Assembly: GCA_045586565.1 (NCBI GenBank)
Contig: JAZNAO010000023.1
Location: forward strand, 1 to 63,883
DNA length: 63,883 bases
DNA from: Candidatus Enterousia sp.
GTDB taxonomy: Bacteria; Pseudomonadota; Alphaproteobacteria; Rs-D84
Direction: 5' to 3'
Shown: positions 52,510 through 61,381 of the stretch, piece by piece
How positions within the stretch are numbered: the first letter of the stretch is position 1
Layout of the letters: each line of letters opens with the position of its first letter
Notes under the pieces: generated by a model
Told to the model about the DNA's origin: nothing
The model's database searches: none
What the model saw: only the letters and a program-made list of their open reading frames with translations
Program-made: the position numbers and the translations under genes

Positions 52510-53283
52510 TTAGAAATTTGCACGCACAGACGCAACGATATTGCTGATATTATCAACGCCACCGTTATCGGCATCCCATCCAAATCCGTTGCCAATCATC
52601 ATTTGATATTGGTATGCGACATCAATGCCGATTAAATCGTTCAACATAACATTGAATCCAATCGTTGCACGTGGCGCCGCAATCACCATTCCATCGGCAC
52701 CATTTGGCCCCTGGAATTCATATGCACCAAATGCCGCACCAACACCGATAAATGGAACGAATGTGCGACGGAATGTTACGTCCCCAGATTGCACATACCG
52801 GCGCGCCAAATCAAAATATAATGTTCCACCAACCGTGTGATATGTTGCCTGTAATTTATCCAAGTCAGAAAATTTGAACACCGAATATTGCAAATCTGTT
52901 TCTGCACGCACGTATGACGACAAATTCCACCCCAGACCGATTTGTGTAGTATAACTGCCCGAGCTTTCAAATTCTGTACCATTGTATATGGCCTGGTCTG
53001 TGGCGAACCCCAGATTCAATCCGCCCCCAAAACGCAGATACATTGATGTCGGGACAAACAATTTTGTATCATTATCGACATTGCCGACAATCCGATAAAC
53101 TTCTGCCCCCAGTTCCCCAGGCGCCACCGTTGGTACGTCTTCGAATGTTTCTTGGGCGCTGATTAAATCCAACCCACGGACGACTTCAGACCGAAATTTA
53201 CCATTGTCATATTTTGCATGCGCACAGGTTGTGGCACACAATGCCGTCAAAAATCCAATATAAGATATTTTTTTCATATTCAT
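52510..53283 (-). CDS. outer membrane beta-barrel protein
   Basis: Signal peptide ...TCAHA and C-terminal ASVRANF beta-signal. Confidence 0.7.
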   Translation of the reverse strand: MNMKKISYIGFLTALCATTCAHAKYDNGKFRSEVVRGLDLISAQETFEDVPTVAPGELGAEVYRIVGNVDNDTKLFVPTSMYLRFGGGLNLGFATDQAIYNGTEFESSGSYTTQIGLGWNLSSYVRAETDLQYSVFKFSDLDKLQATYHTVGGTLYFDLARRYVQSGDVTFRRTFVPFIGVGAAFGAYEFQGPNGADGMVIAAPRATIGFNVMLNDLIGIDVAYQYQMMIGNGFGWDADNGGVDNISNIVASVRANF

Positions 53284-53361
53284 ATGCCTATGTATTGTTG
53301 ATTATAATTTTATCATAAATTGCGACTTGATTCCAGTGCGATTTATTCGTAACATACATGT

Positions 53362-54192
53362 ATGCATAATAAAGATACAGATAATAAAATTGCTTTGGTT
53401 GCCGGCGCACTGGATTTGCCGTTTTTCACCCGTGATGCGTTACGTCGTGCGGGATGGGATGTGTTTGTTATTGGATTAAAAAACTTTGTAAATCCGGAAT
53501 TGAACCCCGATATGATTGTTCGCTTGGGCGGTGGCGGACGTGCAGTTCGTGAATGCAGACGTCGCGGGATACGTCGGGTGGTTTTTGTTGGGGCGCTGGG
53601 GCATCCGAATTTATCTGATTTGCGTCCAGATTTATGGTCACTTATGACATTACTAAAAATAATAAAACATCAACGGGGGTATGATTCTATGGCGGTTGCA
53701 TTGAACAAGGTTCTGGAAAAACAAGGTTTTGAAATCTTGGCGGCCCAAGATTTGGCGCCAGAATTGGCATTTGAAACAGCGGGTGTTCAAACACGCGAAT
53801 GGCCCACAAAAAAAGATATGCAAAATATCGAACGCGCGATTGAGGTATCACATACAATTGGCGCCGCAGATATCGGTGCATCGGTGGTTGTTGATAAACA
53901 GGTTATTGCGGTAGAGGCTGCCGAAGGTACTGCAAAAATGTTGGAACGCGTTGTTGATATGCGAAAAAAGAAAAAGAAATCCAGTGGTATTTTTGCCAAA
54001 ATGACCAAACCAGGCCAGGATTTACGCATTGATATACCTGCAATTGGAGTCGATACGGTGAACGCAGTGTCATCGGCACACTTGCGCGGTATTGTGGTGA
54101 ATACAAAGACGTGCTTTGTTGTGGATAAACCTGCAGTTATTAAACGCGCCAACGAATTAGGGTTATTTATATTGGCAGTGGATGAAAAATAA
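53362..54192 (+). CDS. lpxI: UDP-2,3-diacylglucosamine diphosphatase LpxI (DUF1009)
   Basis: IALVAGALDLP, IGAADIGASVVVDKQVIAVEAAEGT and DIPAIGVDTV match LpxI as I remember the family. Terminator at 54194..54220. Confidence 0.75.
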   Translation: MHNKDTDNKIALVAGALDLPFFTRDALRRAGWDVFVIGLKNFVNPELNPDMIVRLGGGGRAVRECRRRGIRRVVFVGALGHPNLSDLRPDLWSLMTLLKIIKHQRGYDSMAVALNKVLEKQGFEILAAQDLAPELAFETAGVQTREWPTKKDMQNIERAIEVSHTIGAADIGASVVVDKQVIAVEAAEGTAKMLERVVDMRKKKKKSSGIFAKMTKPGQDLRIDIPAIGVDTVNAVSSAHLRGIVVNTKTCFVVDKPAVIKRANELGLFILAVDEK

Positions 54193-54216
54193 AAAAACCG
54201 CATTATTTGCGGTTTT

Positions 54217-54336
54217 TTAATATACAGGATACGATCTGGGGAATGTATCGTTTGGACGCGCCAAATCTGATTTAACGCCGCATCCCGTCAATGCGAACAC
54301 AGAAACAATCATAAAGCCAAATATAATCTTTCTCAT
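54217..54336 (-). CDS. small lipoprotein, LptM/YifL-like (39 aa; below the ORF-track cutoff)
   Basis: MRKIIFGFMIVSVFALTGCGVKSDLARPNDTFPRSYPVY has the lipobox LTGC followed by G-x-K..L..P, as in YifL-type lipoproteins. Confidence 0.5.
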   Translation of the reverse strand: MRKIIFGFMIVSVFALTGCGVKSDLARPNDTFPRSYPVY

Positions 54337-54445
54337 GTATTGATTATACGCAACTTGCATTACAAAAGTCAAATTTTTAATTTAAGATTTGTATCATATA
54401 CAAATTATGCTATAATCCACTCGTTACGATATCGAGAGAGAGAAA

Positions 54446-55645
54446 ATGCTGTTCAGAAAAACAAAATTGACCCGTGATATTAAATTGTTGTTATTGTTTT
54501 CTGCGATGCGTAATGTCACAGACTTGTTTTTGGGGACGTTTTTGATATCGTTTATAATGCACATTTCCCCCAGTCAAATTGTATCTGTTGGCATGTATCG
54601 TTTGTTTGAGTATGTTGCGCTGACCGCAGGATTCTTCTTATTTGCTAATCTATGTAAACACCATAATAAAACTTTTGTATTCGCATTAAACGAGATTCCA
54701 AAAATTGCGTTATTGATCGCATTGGTATTGTTGGGTGATAATGCAGTTGAATATATTATACCACTGGGGTTGTTATATGGTATTGGCGAAGCGATGTACC
54801 ACCTGCCGATGTCAACGATGGTTTCTGAAAAAACGAATGATGCAAGTTTGAAATTATACATGGGAACCAAGACCGCCATAAATTATACTGTGCGTTTGGT
54901 GGTGCCTGTGGTGTTGGGATTCTTTATTGACACAGGGTCTTTTGCACAGGTTGCAAATATCTTATTGGTTCTTTCTGTTATTGAATTGGCGTTATGTTGT
55001 TTTTTATCACCGTCACGTCATCGCAGCAAAAAGCCTGTTGATATTATCGGATTTATTCGTTGTATGGTGCGTTTCCCAGTCATTCGTCATATGGCCGTAA
55101 TGGAAGCGTTCCGCGGGTTCAGCGTGGGAATGTTGGCCACAGTAATAACAATGTACACGGTATTTATATTCAAAACAGACTTAAATCTGGGTATTTTAAC
55201 AACTGTATTTTCACTGTTTTCAATTATATCATCATGGCTGTTGGGGCGTTATGTTCGTATTCATAACTATGCGCATGTTTTAAAAGTATGTTTATTCATG
55301 ATTATATGCGGAATGACATTGTTTATATATAAAACGAACCCTGTAACATTTTTACTGTATAACTTTATTTATGCGACAGCTGTTGTTTTGCTGGAACAGA
55401 TATGCACCTTTAATATGTATCGTTTATCAAATTCCAAATGCGTGACATCAAATCATCGTGTTGAATATTTAGTTTTTCGTGAATGCGCATTGTTCATAGG
55501 CCGTTGGGTCAGTTGCGTAACATTGCTGTATATTGGTGTGTTTGGTGGATATGCATGGTTGCGATGGTATCTGCTTTTAATTTTATTGGGATTGATTGTA
55601 TGTGGTATATCTGCGATTAAATTGTTGCATAACACACGCAAATAA
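54446..55645 (+). CDS. MFS-type transporter (about 12 TM)
   Basis: 399 aa polytopic protein with two six-helix halves. Substrate unknown. Confidence 0.6.
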   Translation: MLFRKTKLTRDIKLLLLFSAMRNVTDLFLGTFLISFIMHISPSQIVSVGMYRLFEYVALTAGFFLFANLCKHHNKTFVFALNEIPKIALLIALVLLGDNAVEYIIPLGLLYGIGEAMYHLPMSTMVSEKTNDASLKLYMGTKTAINYTVRLVVPVVLGFFIDTGSFAQVANILLVLSVIELALCCFLSPSRHRSKKPVDIIGFIRCMVRFPVIRHMAVMEAFRGFSVGMLATVITMYTVFIFKTDLNLGILTTVFSLFSIISSWLLGRYVRIHNYAHVLKVCLFMIICGMTLFIYKTNPVTFLLYNFIYATAVVLLEQICTFNMYRLSNSKCVTSNHRVEYLVFRECALFIGRWVSCVTLLYIGVFGGYAWLRWYLLLILLGLIVCGISAIKLLHNTRK

Positions 55646-55686
55646 AATCATTTGCATTAAAATCATATTTCTGATAAAATGCACCT

Positions 55687-55775
55687 GTCGGTGGGATTTT
55701 TCACCGATGGGGTGTGATAGCCCGTATACAGGCGTTCGTGCACGATTGCATAACGCGCCATTGGCGTGTTTTTTG
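55687..55775 (+). ncRNA. candidate short RNA or leader (promoter 55652..55680 to terminator 55753..55775)
   Basis: TTGCAT, 17 nt spacer, TAAAAT. Then hairpin tcggtg/caccga, then terminator cgcgcc-att-ggcgtg + T6. Confidence 0.35.
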
Positions 55776-55955
55776 TGGTTTGTGTTATGTGGACGAAAAA
55801 TTTTCTCCTGATCTATTCGTGGTCAGGAGGGCTGTGAATATATTGAATAAGCACACAATTCCTGTAATTGCTATCAACCTCCTGGCCACCTTATGTTTAT
55901 ATGGTGGTTTTTGTTTAATTTGGCAAACAAAACAAAGGAAAGGGGGAAGTTTGTT

Positions 55956-56759
55956 ATGAAAAAATTTTTATTTGGCGGCGTATCCATGTTGGCAATCATT
56001 GCCACAACAAATGCAAACGCTGCGGGTTATACCTGTGAAAATTTAGTTGAATATACGTCGTGTAATGGTGGTTATACACTGTCTGTGGGGGAATGCGTCG
56101 AAATCCCAACATGCAGCGCGGGAACATATGCTAAATACCAATGTCCAAGTGGGTATAATTTACTGTTTGGGGTATGTATAGACGGTAATAACGGATACAC
56201 GGATGAGCAAATGTTCAGCGATGATTGTGATGGCGCTTACTATGAGTTTGCATGTGGCAATGGCAGTGATTATGCCAAGCCTGTTGAATACACCTGTGCA
56301 TCATGCCCATCAACAGGATTGGTTGACCCAAGCGATAATCCAATTTTGGCAACAACAAACACAGGCGCAACCAGTGTTGCAGAATGCTATGTAAAGCCGG
56401 GTATTGATATCAAGGGTGAATATGGAACATATCATTTTAAATCAAATTGCATATCGGTGAATCCGGGCAGTATAAAGACAGCGGCAGACTGTGAATGGTT
56501 GACGGCCGCGACAGGTGAAGATTGGGCATTTGGTGATTATGGCGATGGGTTTACTTTTTGTGAATATTACCCCCGTGGCGAAGACATATCTACTGTTGTT
56601 GCGCCAAAAACAGAATCGGAATGTCTGGCAATTAACGATTTAGAATATCACAAAAACTCAACACCAGAAGATACAACCTTTATAAACGGCGTGTGTAGCT
56701 GTCAAGGTGGAATGTGGTTTTTTGATTTTGAAGATGGAAAATTACGGTGCGGCGTATAA
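55956..56759 (+). CDS. cysteine-rich secreted protein (267 aa)
   Basis: AAAGGGGGAAG RBS and signal peptide ...TTNANA. Has CxxGY-type units and a GATSVAECYVKPG...GTY...NC module shared with 50216..50848. Confidence 0.6.
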   Translation: MKKFLFGGVSMLAIIATTNANAAGYTCENLVEYTSCNGGYTLSVGECVEIPTCSAGTYAKYQCPSGYNLLFGVCIDGNNGYTDEQMFSDDCDGAYYEFACGNGSDYAKPVEYTCASCPSTGLVDPSDNPILATTNTGATSVAECYVKPGIDIKGEYGTYHFKSNCISVNPGSIKTAADCEWLTAATGEDWAFGDYGDGFTFCEYYPRGEDISTVVAPKTESECLAINDLEYHKNSTPEDTTFINGVCSCQGGMWFFDFEDGKLRCGV

Positions 56760-56821
56760 AAATCCCCCCATCCGGGCCCCGCGCAAATATTTATTTGCGT
56801 GGGTGGACATAGGGGGATTTT

Positions 56822-57262
56822 TTAAATCTTGCGTTGCAAAAACATACGCAGATTATGTTCCCAGAATATGGACGGTCTAATCTTGCGCTGCCATAATACA
56901 CGCGCAATGTCATGATTCAGGCGCACCCCGTCCATAAAACTCAACTGGTCATAAAATTCACGAACACCATAATTGCTCAGGATTTCTTCACCAGCAATAA
57001 AATGAATTGGTTTCATGGCTAATTCAACATAATGTTTTCCACCTAATTTGTATGAACATGTGCATTCCATAGGCAACATTTCATGATTTGTTTTGTAAAC
57101 TTTGATAACATCACCTGGTTCAAATAATCCCTCGGTGTTCATGCAATGACGTCTATACGTGTGACCAGTTGGCCCAATCACAATAAAATCTTGTTCAAAC
57201 GGATCCAGACGTGGGTTGCCGGTCAATACTGTGTCATTTCTTGATACGATATATTTTTCCAT
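56822..57262 (-). CDS. small protein with SET-domain-like motifs (146 aa)
   Basis: KTNHEM...(33 aa)...IAGEEILSNYG resembles the SET NH...GEELxxxY spacing. Low-confidence motif call. Confidence 0.35.
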   Translation of the reverse strand: MEKYIVSRNDTVLTGNPRLDPFEQDFIVIGPTGHTYRRHCMNTEGLFEPGDVIKVYKTNHEMLPMECTCSYKLGGKHYVELAMKPIHFIAGEEILSNYGVREFYDQLSFMDGVRLNHDIARVLWQRKIRPSIFWEHNLRMFLQRKI

Positions 57263-57280
57263 TATTTAACTCCTTTGTGA

Positions 57281-59359
57281 CTACTCTGCCAATGTTCCAA
57301 CAGACATTGTGATACGGCGGATACCGCTGCTGATGGATTTTTCTTTGTTGATACGTGCCTTTAATATTTCGCCTGTGTGATAAACGTGTGTTCCGCCACA
57401 CAATTCGCATGACACATCGCCGGCCGTGATAACCTTTACCGTGTCGCCATATTTTTCACCAAACAATGCCATTGCGCCTTTTTTGACCGCGTCTTCCATT
57501 GACATTTCGTCATGTTCGACCGGCATATCCATCGCAATCCATTTGTTTATCAGGTCTTCGACCGCTTGTTTTTCTTCTGCGGTCATCGCGCGCCCAAAGC
57601 GAAAGTCAAAACGCACAGAATCAGGGCTGACCTTGGATCCGCGTTGTTCAACGTCTTCATTTAAAATCTGGCGCAGTGCCGCCTGCAGTAAATGTGTCGC
57701 GGTGTGTGCGCGTGCCGTCTGTTGACGTACAGATGCATTGATAATTGGGCTTACTACATCGCCAACAGATAATTCAGATGCCAATACGCCTTTGTGTATA
57801 ACGACATTATCAACACGTGCGGCTTCGGAAATATTCATAACTGTTTCGCCGTTGTGCTTTAATTCACCGCTGTCGCCAACCTGACCGCCCTGGGTGCCAT
57901 AGAATACTGTTTTATCCAATGCGACTTCGACTTCGTCACCGGCATTTGCAGTCTGCACAAATTCGCCATTACGCAGGATTGACAACACTGTGGATTCCAT
58001 ATCAACCGGCGCATACTTTGCCGTATCGTCTGTGTCTGCCAAATCCGTCTGGGATTCCCAGAATATGCGGGTTCCCTTAGTATTTGCGCGTGAACGTTCT
58101 TTTTGTTCGGCCATTGCGCGTTCAAATCCGGCGACATCAACATCGATATTTTTATCACGCAGAATCATCTGGGTTAAGTCCAATGGGAAACCATATGTAT
58201 CAAACAGTTTAAACGCAACATCGCCTGGTAAAATTGCATTGTTTAACTTTGGCAATTCCCCATCCAGCAATTTCATACCGTTTTGCAACATATCTGCAAA
58301 TGCGTTTTCTTCATTTTCCAAGATTTCCACAACGCGTTTTTCTTCACGTGCTAATTCTGGATACGCCGCGCCCATTTCCGTAATCAGGGCAGGGTACAGT
58401 TTTGACAACAATGCCCCCTTGTGTCCCAAGATTTGACCATGACGCATTGCGCGACGCAAGATACGACGGATAACATATCCGCGGTCTGTATTTGATGGAA
58501 TAACGCCATCTGCGATTGCAAACCCAACACTGCGCAGGTGGTCTGTGATAACCTTGAAACTGGCGATGTTTTCGGCTGTTTCTGCGACGCCTGTGACATC
58601 GCTGACTGCGCGTTTTAAGTTAACGAATAAATCAGTGTCATAATTGTCTGTCACACCCTGCATAATCGACGCAAAACGTTCCAAGCCTGCACCGGTATCA
58701 ACATTTTGTTTTGGCAGTGGTGTCAGATTACCATTGGCGTCACGATCATATTGCATAAACACGTCGTTCCAAATTTCGACCCAACGTCCACCATCTTCGT
58801 CTGCAGAACCCGGCAATCCACCCGGCAAATCATCCCCCATGTCATAATGCATTTCGGTGCATGGACCACATGGGCCTGTTTCACCTGCGGACCACCAATT
58901 ATCTTTGTCGCCCAAACGAATTGCGTCTTTGCCTGTCACTTTTTTCCATATTGCGGTTGCTTCTTCGTCACTGTGGTGGGTTGTGACAACAATGCGATTT
59001 GGATCCAGTCCAAATACATGGGTCAACAATTCCCATGACATTTCAATCGCGCCTTCTTTGAAATAATCACCAAAAGACCAATTGCCCATCATCTCAAAAA
59101 AGGTATGATGACGGCCGTCGAAACCTACATCTTCCAGGTCGTTATGTTTACCCCCGGCGCGAATACATTTTTGAACGTCGGCAACACGTGGTGCAAATGC
59201 CGGTTCTGTACCCTGTAAAATACCTTTCCATGGAACCATGCCTGCCACTGTAAACAGCAGGGTTGGATCATTCGGTATCAGTGATGCCGAAGGGACAATT
59301 GTGTGTCCTTTGGATTCAAAATAATTTAAAAACGCTTTTCTGATATCATCATATTTCAT
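57281..59359 (-). CDS. alaS: alanine--tRNA ligase (692 aa, lacks C-Ala/DHHA1 domain)
   Basis: Class II catalytic core (FTVAGMVPW, RAGGKHNDLE), editing-domain HTATHLL and CGGTHV motifs. The protein ends about 40 aa after CGGTHV. Confidence 0.93.
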   Translation of the reverse strand: MKYDDIRKAFLNYFESKGHTIVPSASLIPNDPTLLFTVAGMVPWKGILQGTEPAFAPRVADVQKCIRAGGKHNDLEDVGFDGRHHTFFEMMGNWSFGDYFKEGAIEMSWELLTHVFGLDPNRIVVTTHHSDEEATAIWKKVTGKDAIRLGDKDNWWSAGETGPCGPCTEMHYDMGDDLPGGLPGSADEDGGRWVEIWNDVFMQYDRDANGNLTPLPKQNVDTGAGLERFASIMQGVTDNYDTDLFVNLKRAVSDVTGVAETAENIASFKVITDHLRSVGFAIADGVIPSNTDRGYVIRRILRRAMRHGQILGHKGALLSKLYPALITEMGAAYPELAREEKRVVEILENEENAFADMLQNGMKLLDGELPKLNNAILPGDVAFKLFDTYGFPLDLTQMILRDKNIDVDVAGFERAMAEQKERSRANTKGTRIFWESQTDLADTDDTAKYAPVDMESTVLSILRNGEFVQTANAGDEVEVALDKTVFYGTQGGQVGDSGELKHNGETVMNISEAARVDNVVIHKGVLASELSVGDVVSPIINASVRQQTARAHTATHLLQAALRQILNEDVEQRGSKVSPDSVRFDFRFGRAMTAEEKQAVEDLINKWIAMDMPVEHDEMSMEDAVKKGAMALFGEKYGDTVKVITAGDVSCELCGGTHVYHTGEILKARINKEKSISSGIRRITMSVGTLAE

Positions 59360-59456
59360 TTTCTTTTTCCTTGTTTATTTTTTCAAGGGGCATTGTATAA
59401 ACATTATGCCCAGGTTTCAATCAATATATTTATAAAATTGTGATTTTTTTCTGTGA

Positions 59457-60278
59457 TTATTCTTGCCCCGCTGGGGCGGCTGCAACCAATGCGTCGCGAA
59501 CGACGGCATCATATTTTGCCAATACGTCCATGATATGTTTTTGCACATTTTTTTCTGGGGCCAACGGCATACCATATTTTGTGGTTGCGGTATCGATATC
59601 AATCGCCAGATAGTTTGTCTTATCCATGTATATCGGCGATATATTTGCGTTGTCATGACGTGATATTATGTTTAACGCAGACCACATCATCATATCAACC
59701 GGTGCACGAAAAGATAAAGATTCATCAATGTTATCTAAATCAGATTGTGCGCTGTTTAAAACGTCACCCATCCGCAACATTGCAGACCCCTTGACCAATG
59801 TGCCCGCCAGTCCAACGTGTGGTCGCACTAAATAAATATTTTCATTATCTATGACAAAGTCTGTTGGTTTTTTCATTACGCGCAAGACATCCACCAAACG
59901 CGTTCTGATAACCGCCATATTTTGAATAACTGCGAAATGTTTTTCAGAAATTTTTGGCGTGTCCAGATTTAGCAACACGTCATCATCATCAACAAATATA
60001 ATCCAATCTGATTTTGTGAAATGTTTTCGCACGTAATCCAGTATCGCCAATCGTGCGCGTCGTAATCCCATGTTGTTGGTGTTATTTATTATATGTAATT
60101 TGCCATGATAACCCATGCGACGAATTGACCGGCGCGTCACACGCGTATTAGGATTGTCATTGCATATAATCAACATGAATTCTTTTCTGACACGCGCCAA
60201 CCCAGGCACAGAAATGCCCAAATTTTCGTTGTTATACGTTGTCAACCCAACAACCAAATGCGCTTTTCGTAGAAACAT
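59457..60278 (-). CDS. glycosyltransferase-like protein (GT-A fold)
   Basis: VGLTTYNNENL... and IIFVDDDDVL (DxD) fit a GT2-like pattern. Confidence 0.55.
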   Translation of the reverse strand: MFLRKAHLVVGLTTYNNENLGISVPGLARVRKEFMLIICNDNPNTRVTRRSIRRMGYHGKLHIINNTNNMGLRRARLAILDYVRKHFTKSDWIIFVDDDDVLLNLDTPKISEKHFAVIQNMAVIRTRLVDVLRVMKKPTDFVIDNENIYLVRPHVGLAGTLVKGSAMLRMGDVLNSAQSDLDNIDESLSFRAPVDMMMWSALNIISRHDNANISPIYMDKTNYLAIDIDTATTKYGMPLAPEKNVQKHIMDVLAKYDAVVRDALVAAAPAGQE

Positions 60279-60356
60279 ATGAAAATATTAGCATAAAAGA
60301 TTCTAAAAATGCAATTATTTATGATATAATAACTGTGTGTTATATGGAGTTTTCTG

Positions 60357-60836
60357 ATGAAACCAACAATGATGTACACGTTGATTATTATTGCAGCCAT
60401 TATTTTAATGTCTGCATTTGGGCTGACCCTGTCGCCAACAGTTCCGTTAAAAGTTCCAGAAAATATGCTGGGGAATGTTCTGTATGTATGCCCGGCGGCT
60501 GATTCAATATGGGACGGCATTGCACGTGGCGTAATCCATATGCGCAAACCACTGATTATTGCTTTTTTATTTGCGATTATGTTATTGATGGCGGTGTGGG
60601 GATGGGCATTGTACCAGAATTTATTAAAAGACAAATTTAATCGTGATGCGTTTAAAAACCCGTGGTCATATACCAAGATGCTGTTCTGGGCAACGGTGAC
60701 AATTATTATTTTAATGTATACCCCAAACCACTTTCGTTCTGTGCATTTGAAAAATACTGGTGGCGAATGGGTTTTATGCGAAAATAATACGCCAGGCGCC
60801 CGTGCAGTACGCGCAAACATGGTTGAAACGCGATAA
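60357..60836 (+). CDS. membrane protein (159 aa, 3 hydrophobic segments)
   Basis: Preferred over the overlapping low-complexity minus ORF 60242..60931. Resembles the N-terminal membrane part of 47615..48589. Confidence 0.5.
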   Translation: MKPTMMYTLIIIAAIILMSAFGLTLSPTVPLKVPENMLGNVLYVCPAADSIWDGIARGVIHMRKPLIIAFLFAIMLLMAVWGWALYQNLLKDKFNRDAFKNPWSYTKMLFWATVTIIILMYTPNHFRSVHLKNTGGEWVLCENNTPGARAVRANMVETR

Positions 60837-61008
60837 AAATTTGTCAACAGCGCGGTTTTTTGCGGATTTAAAATTATTGTCTTGACATAAAGCCCAGAAT
60901 TCTCTACGATTCGGATAAGCAGTACAGGCAATGGCCTTGGAATAGTAGTGTTTCAGGTTACTGATGGCACTGCGGAACACTTTAAATTTCTATGAAAGGA
61001 GAAACATT

Positions 61009-61281
61009 ATGAATAAACAGCAATTAATTGAAGCAATCGCAAACGAAGTTGATGTAACAAAAGCAACAGCTGCTGCATGCTTAGACGCATTCATCAACAC
61101 AGTTACAAAAGTTCTGAAAAAGAAGGGCGAAGTTCGCTTGGTTGGTTTCGGCACATTCACATCTGCAAAACGCAAAGCAACAACAGGCCGCAACCCACAG
61201 ACAGGTGCAGCAATCAAAATCCCTGCATCTACTCAGCCTAAGTTCAAACCAGGTAAAGCATTGAAAGAAGCTTTGAACTAA
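61009..61281 (+). CDS. hup: HU family DNA-binding protein
   Basis: MNKQQLIEAIA...GFGTFTSAKRKATTGRNPQTGAAIKIPA...FKPGKALKEALN is the canonical HU sequence. AAAGGAG RBS. Terminator at 61306..61330. Confidence 0.95.
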   Translation: MNKQQLIEAIANEVDVTKATAAACLDAFINTVTKVLKKKGEVRLVGFGTFTSAKRKATTGRNPQTGAAIKIPASTQPKFKPGKALKEALN

Positions 61282-61381
61282 ATCGCAAGATTGCAAAAAT
61301 AAAAATTCCCCCGATTGGGGGATTCTTTTTGAGATATAAGACATGTGACATGAATAGTTATATAAATAAAAGTTTAGCGTT

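Noticed and set aside
60242-60931. 229-aa minus-strand ORF
   Set aside because: It overlaps the + strand three-TM protein (60357..60836). The minus-strand translation looks like random AT-rich sequence.
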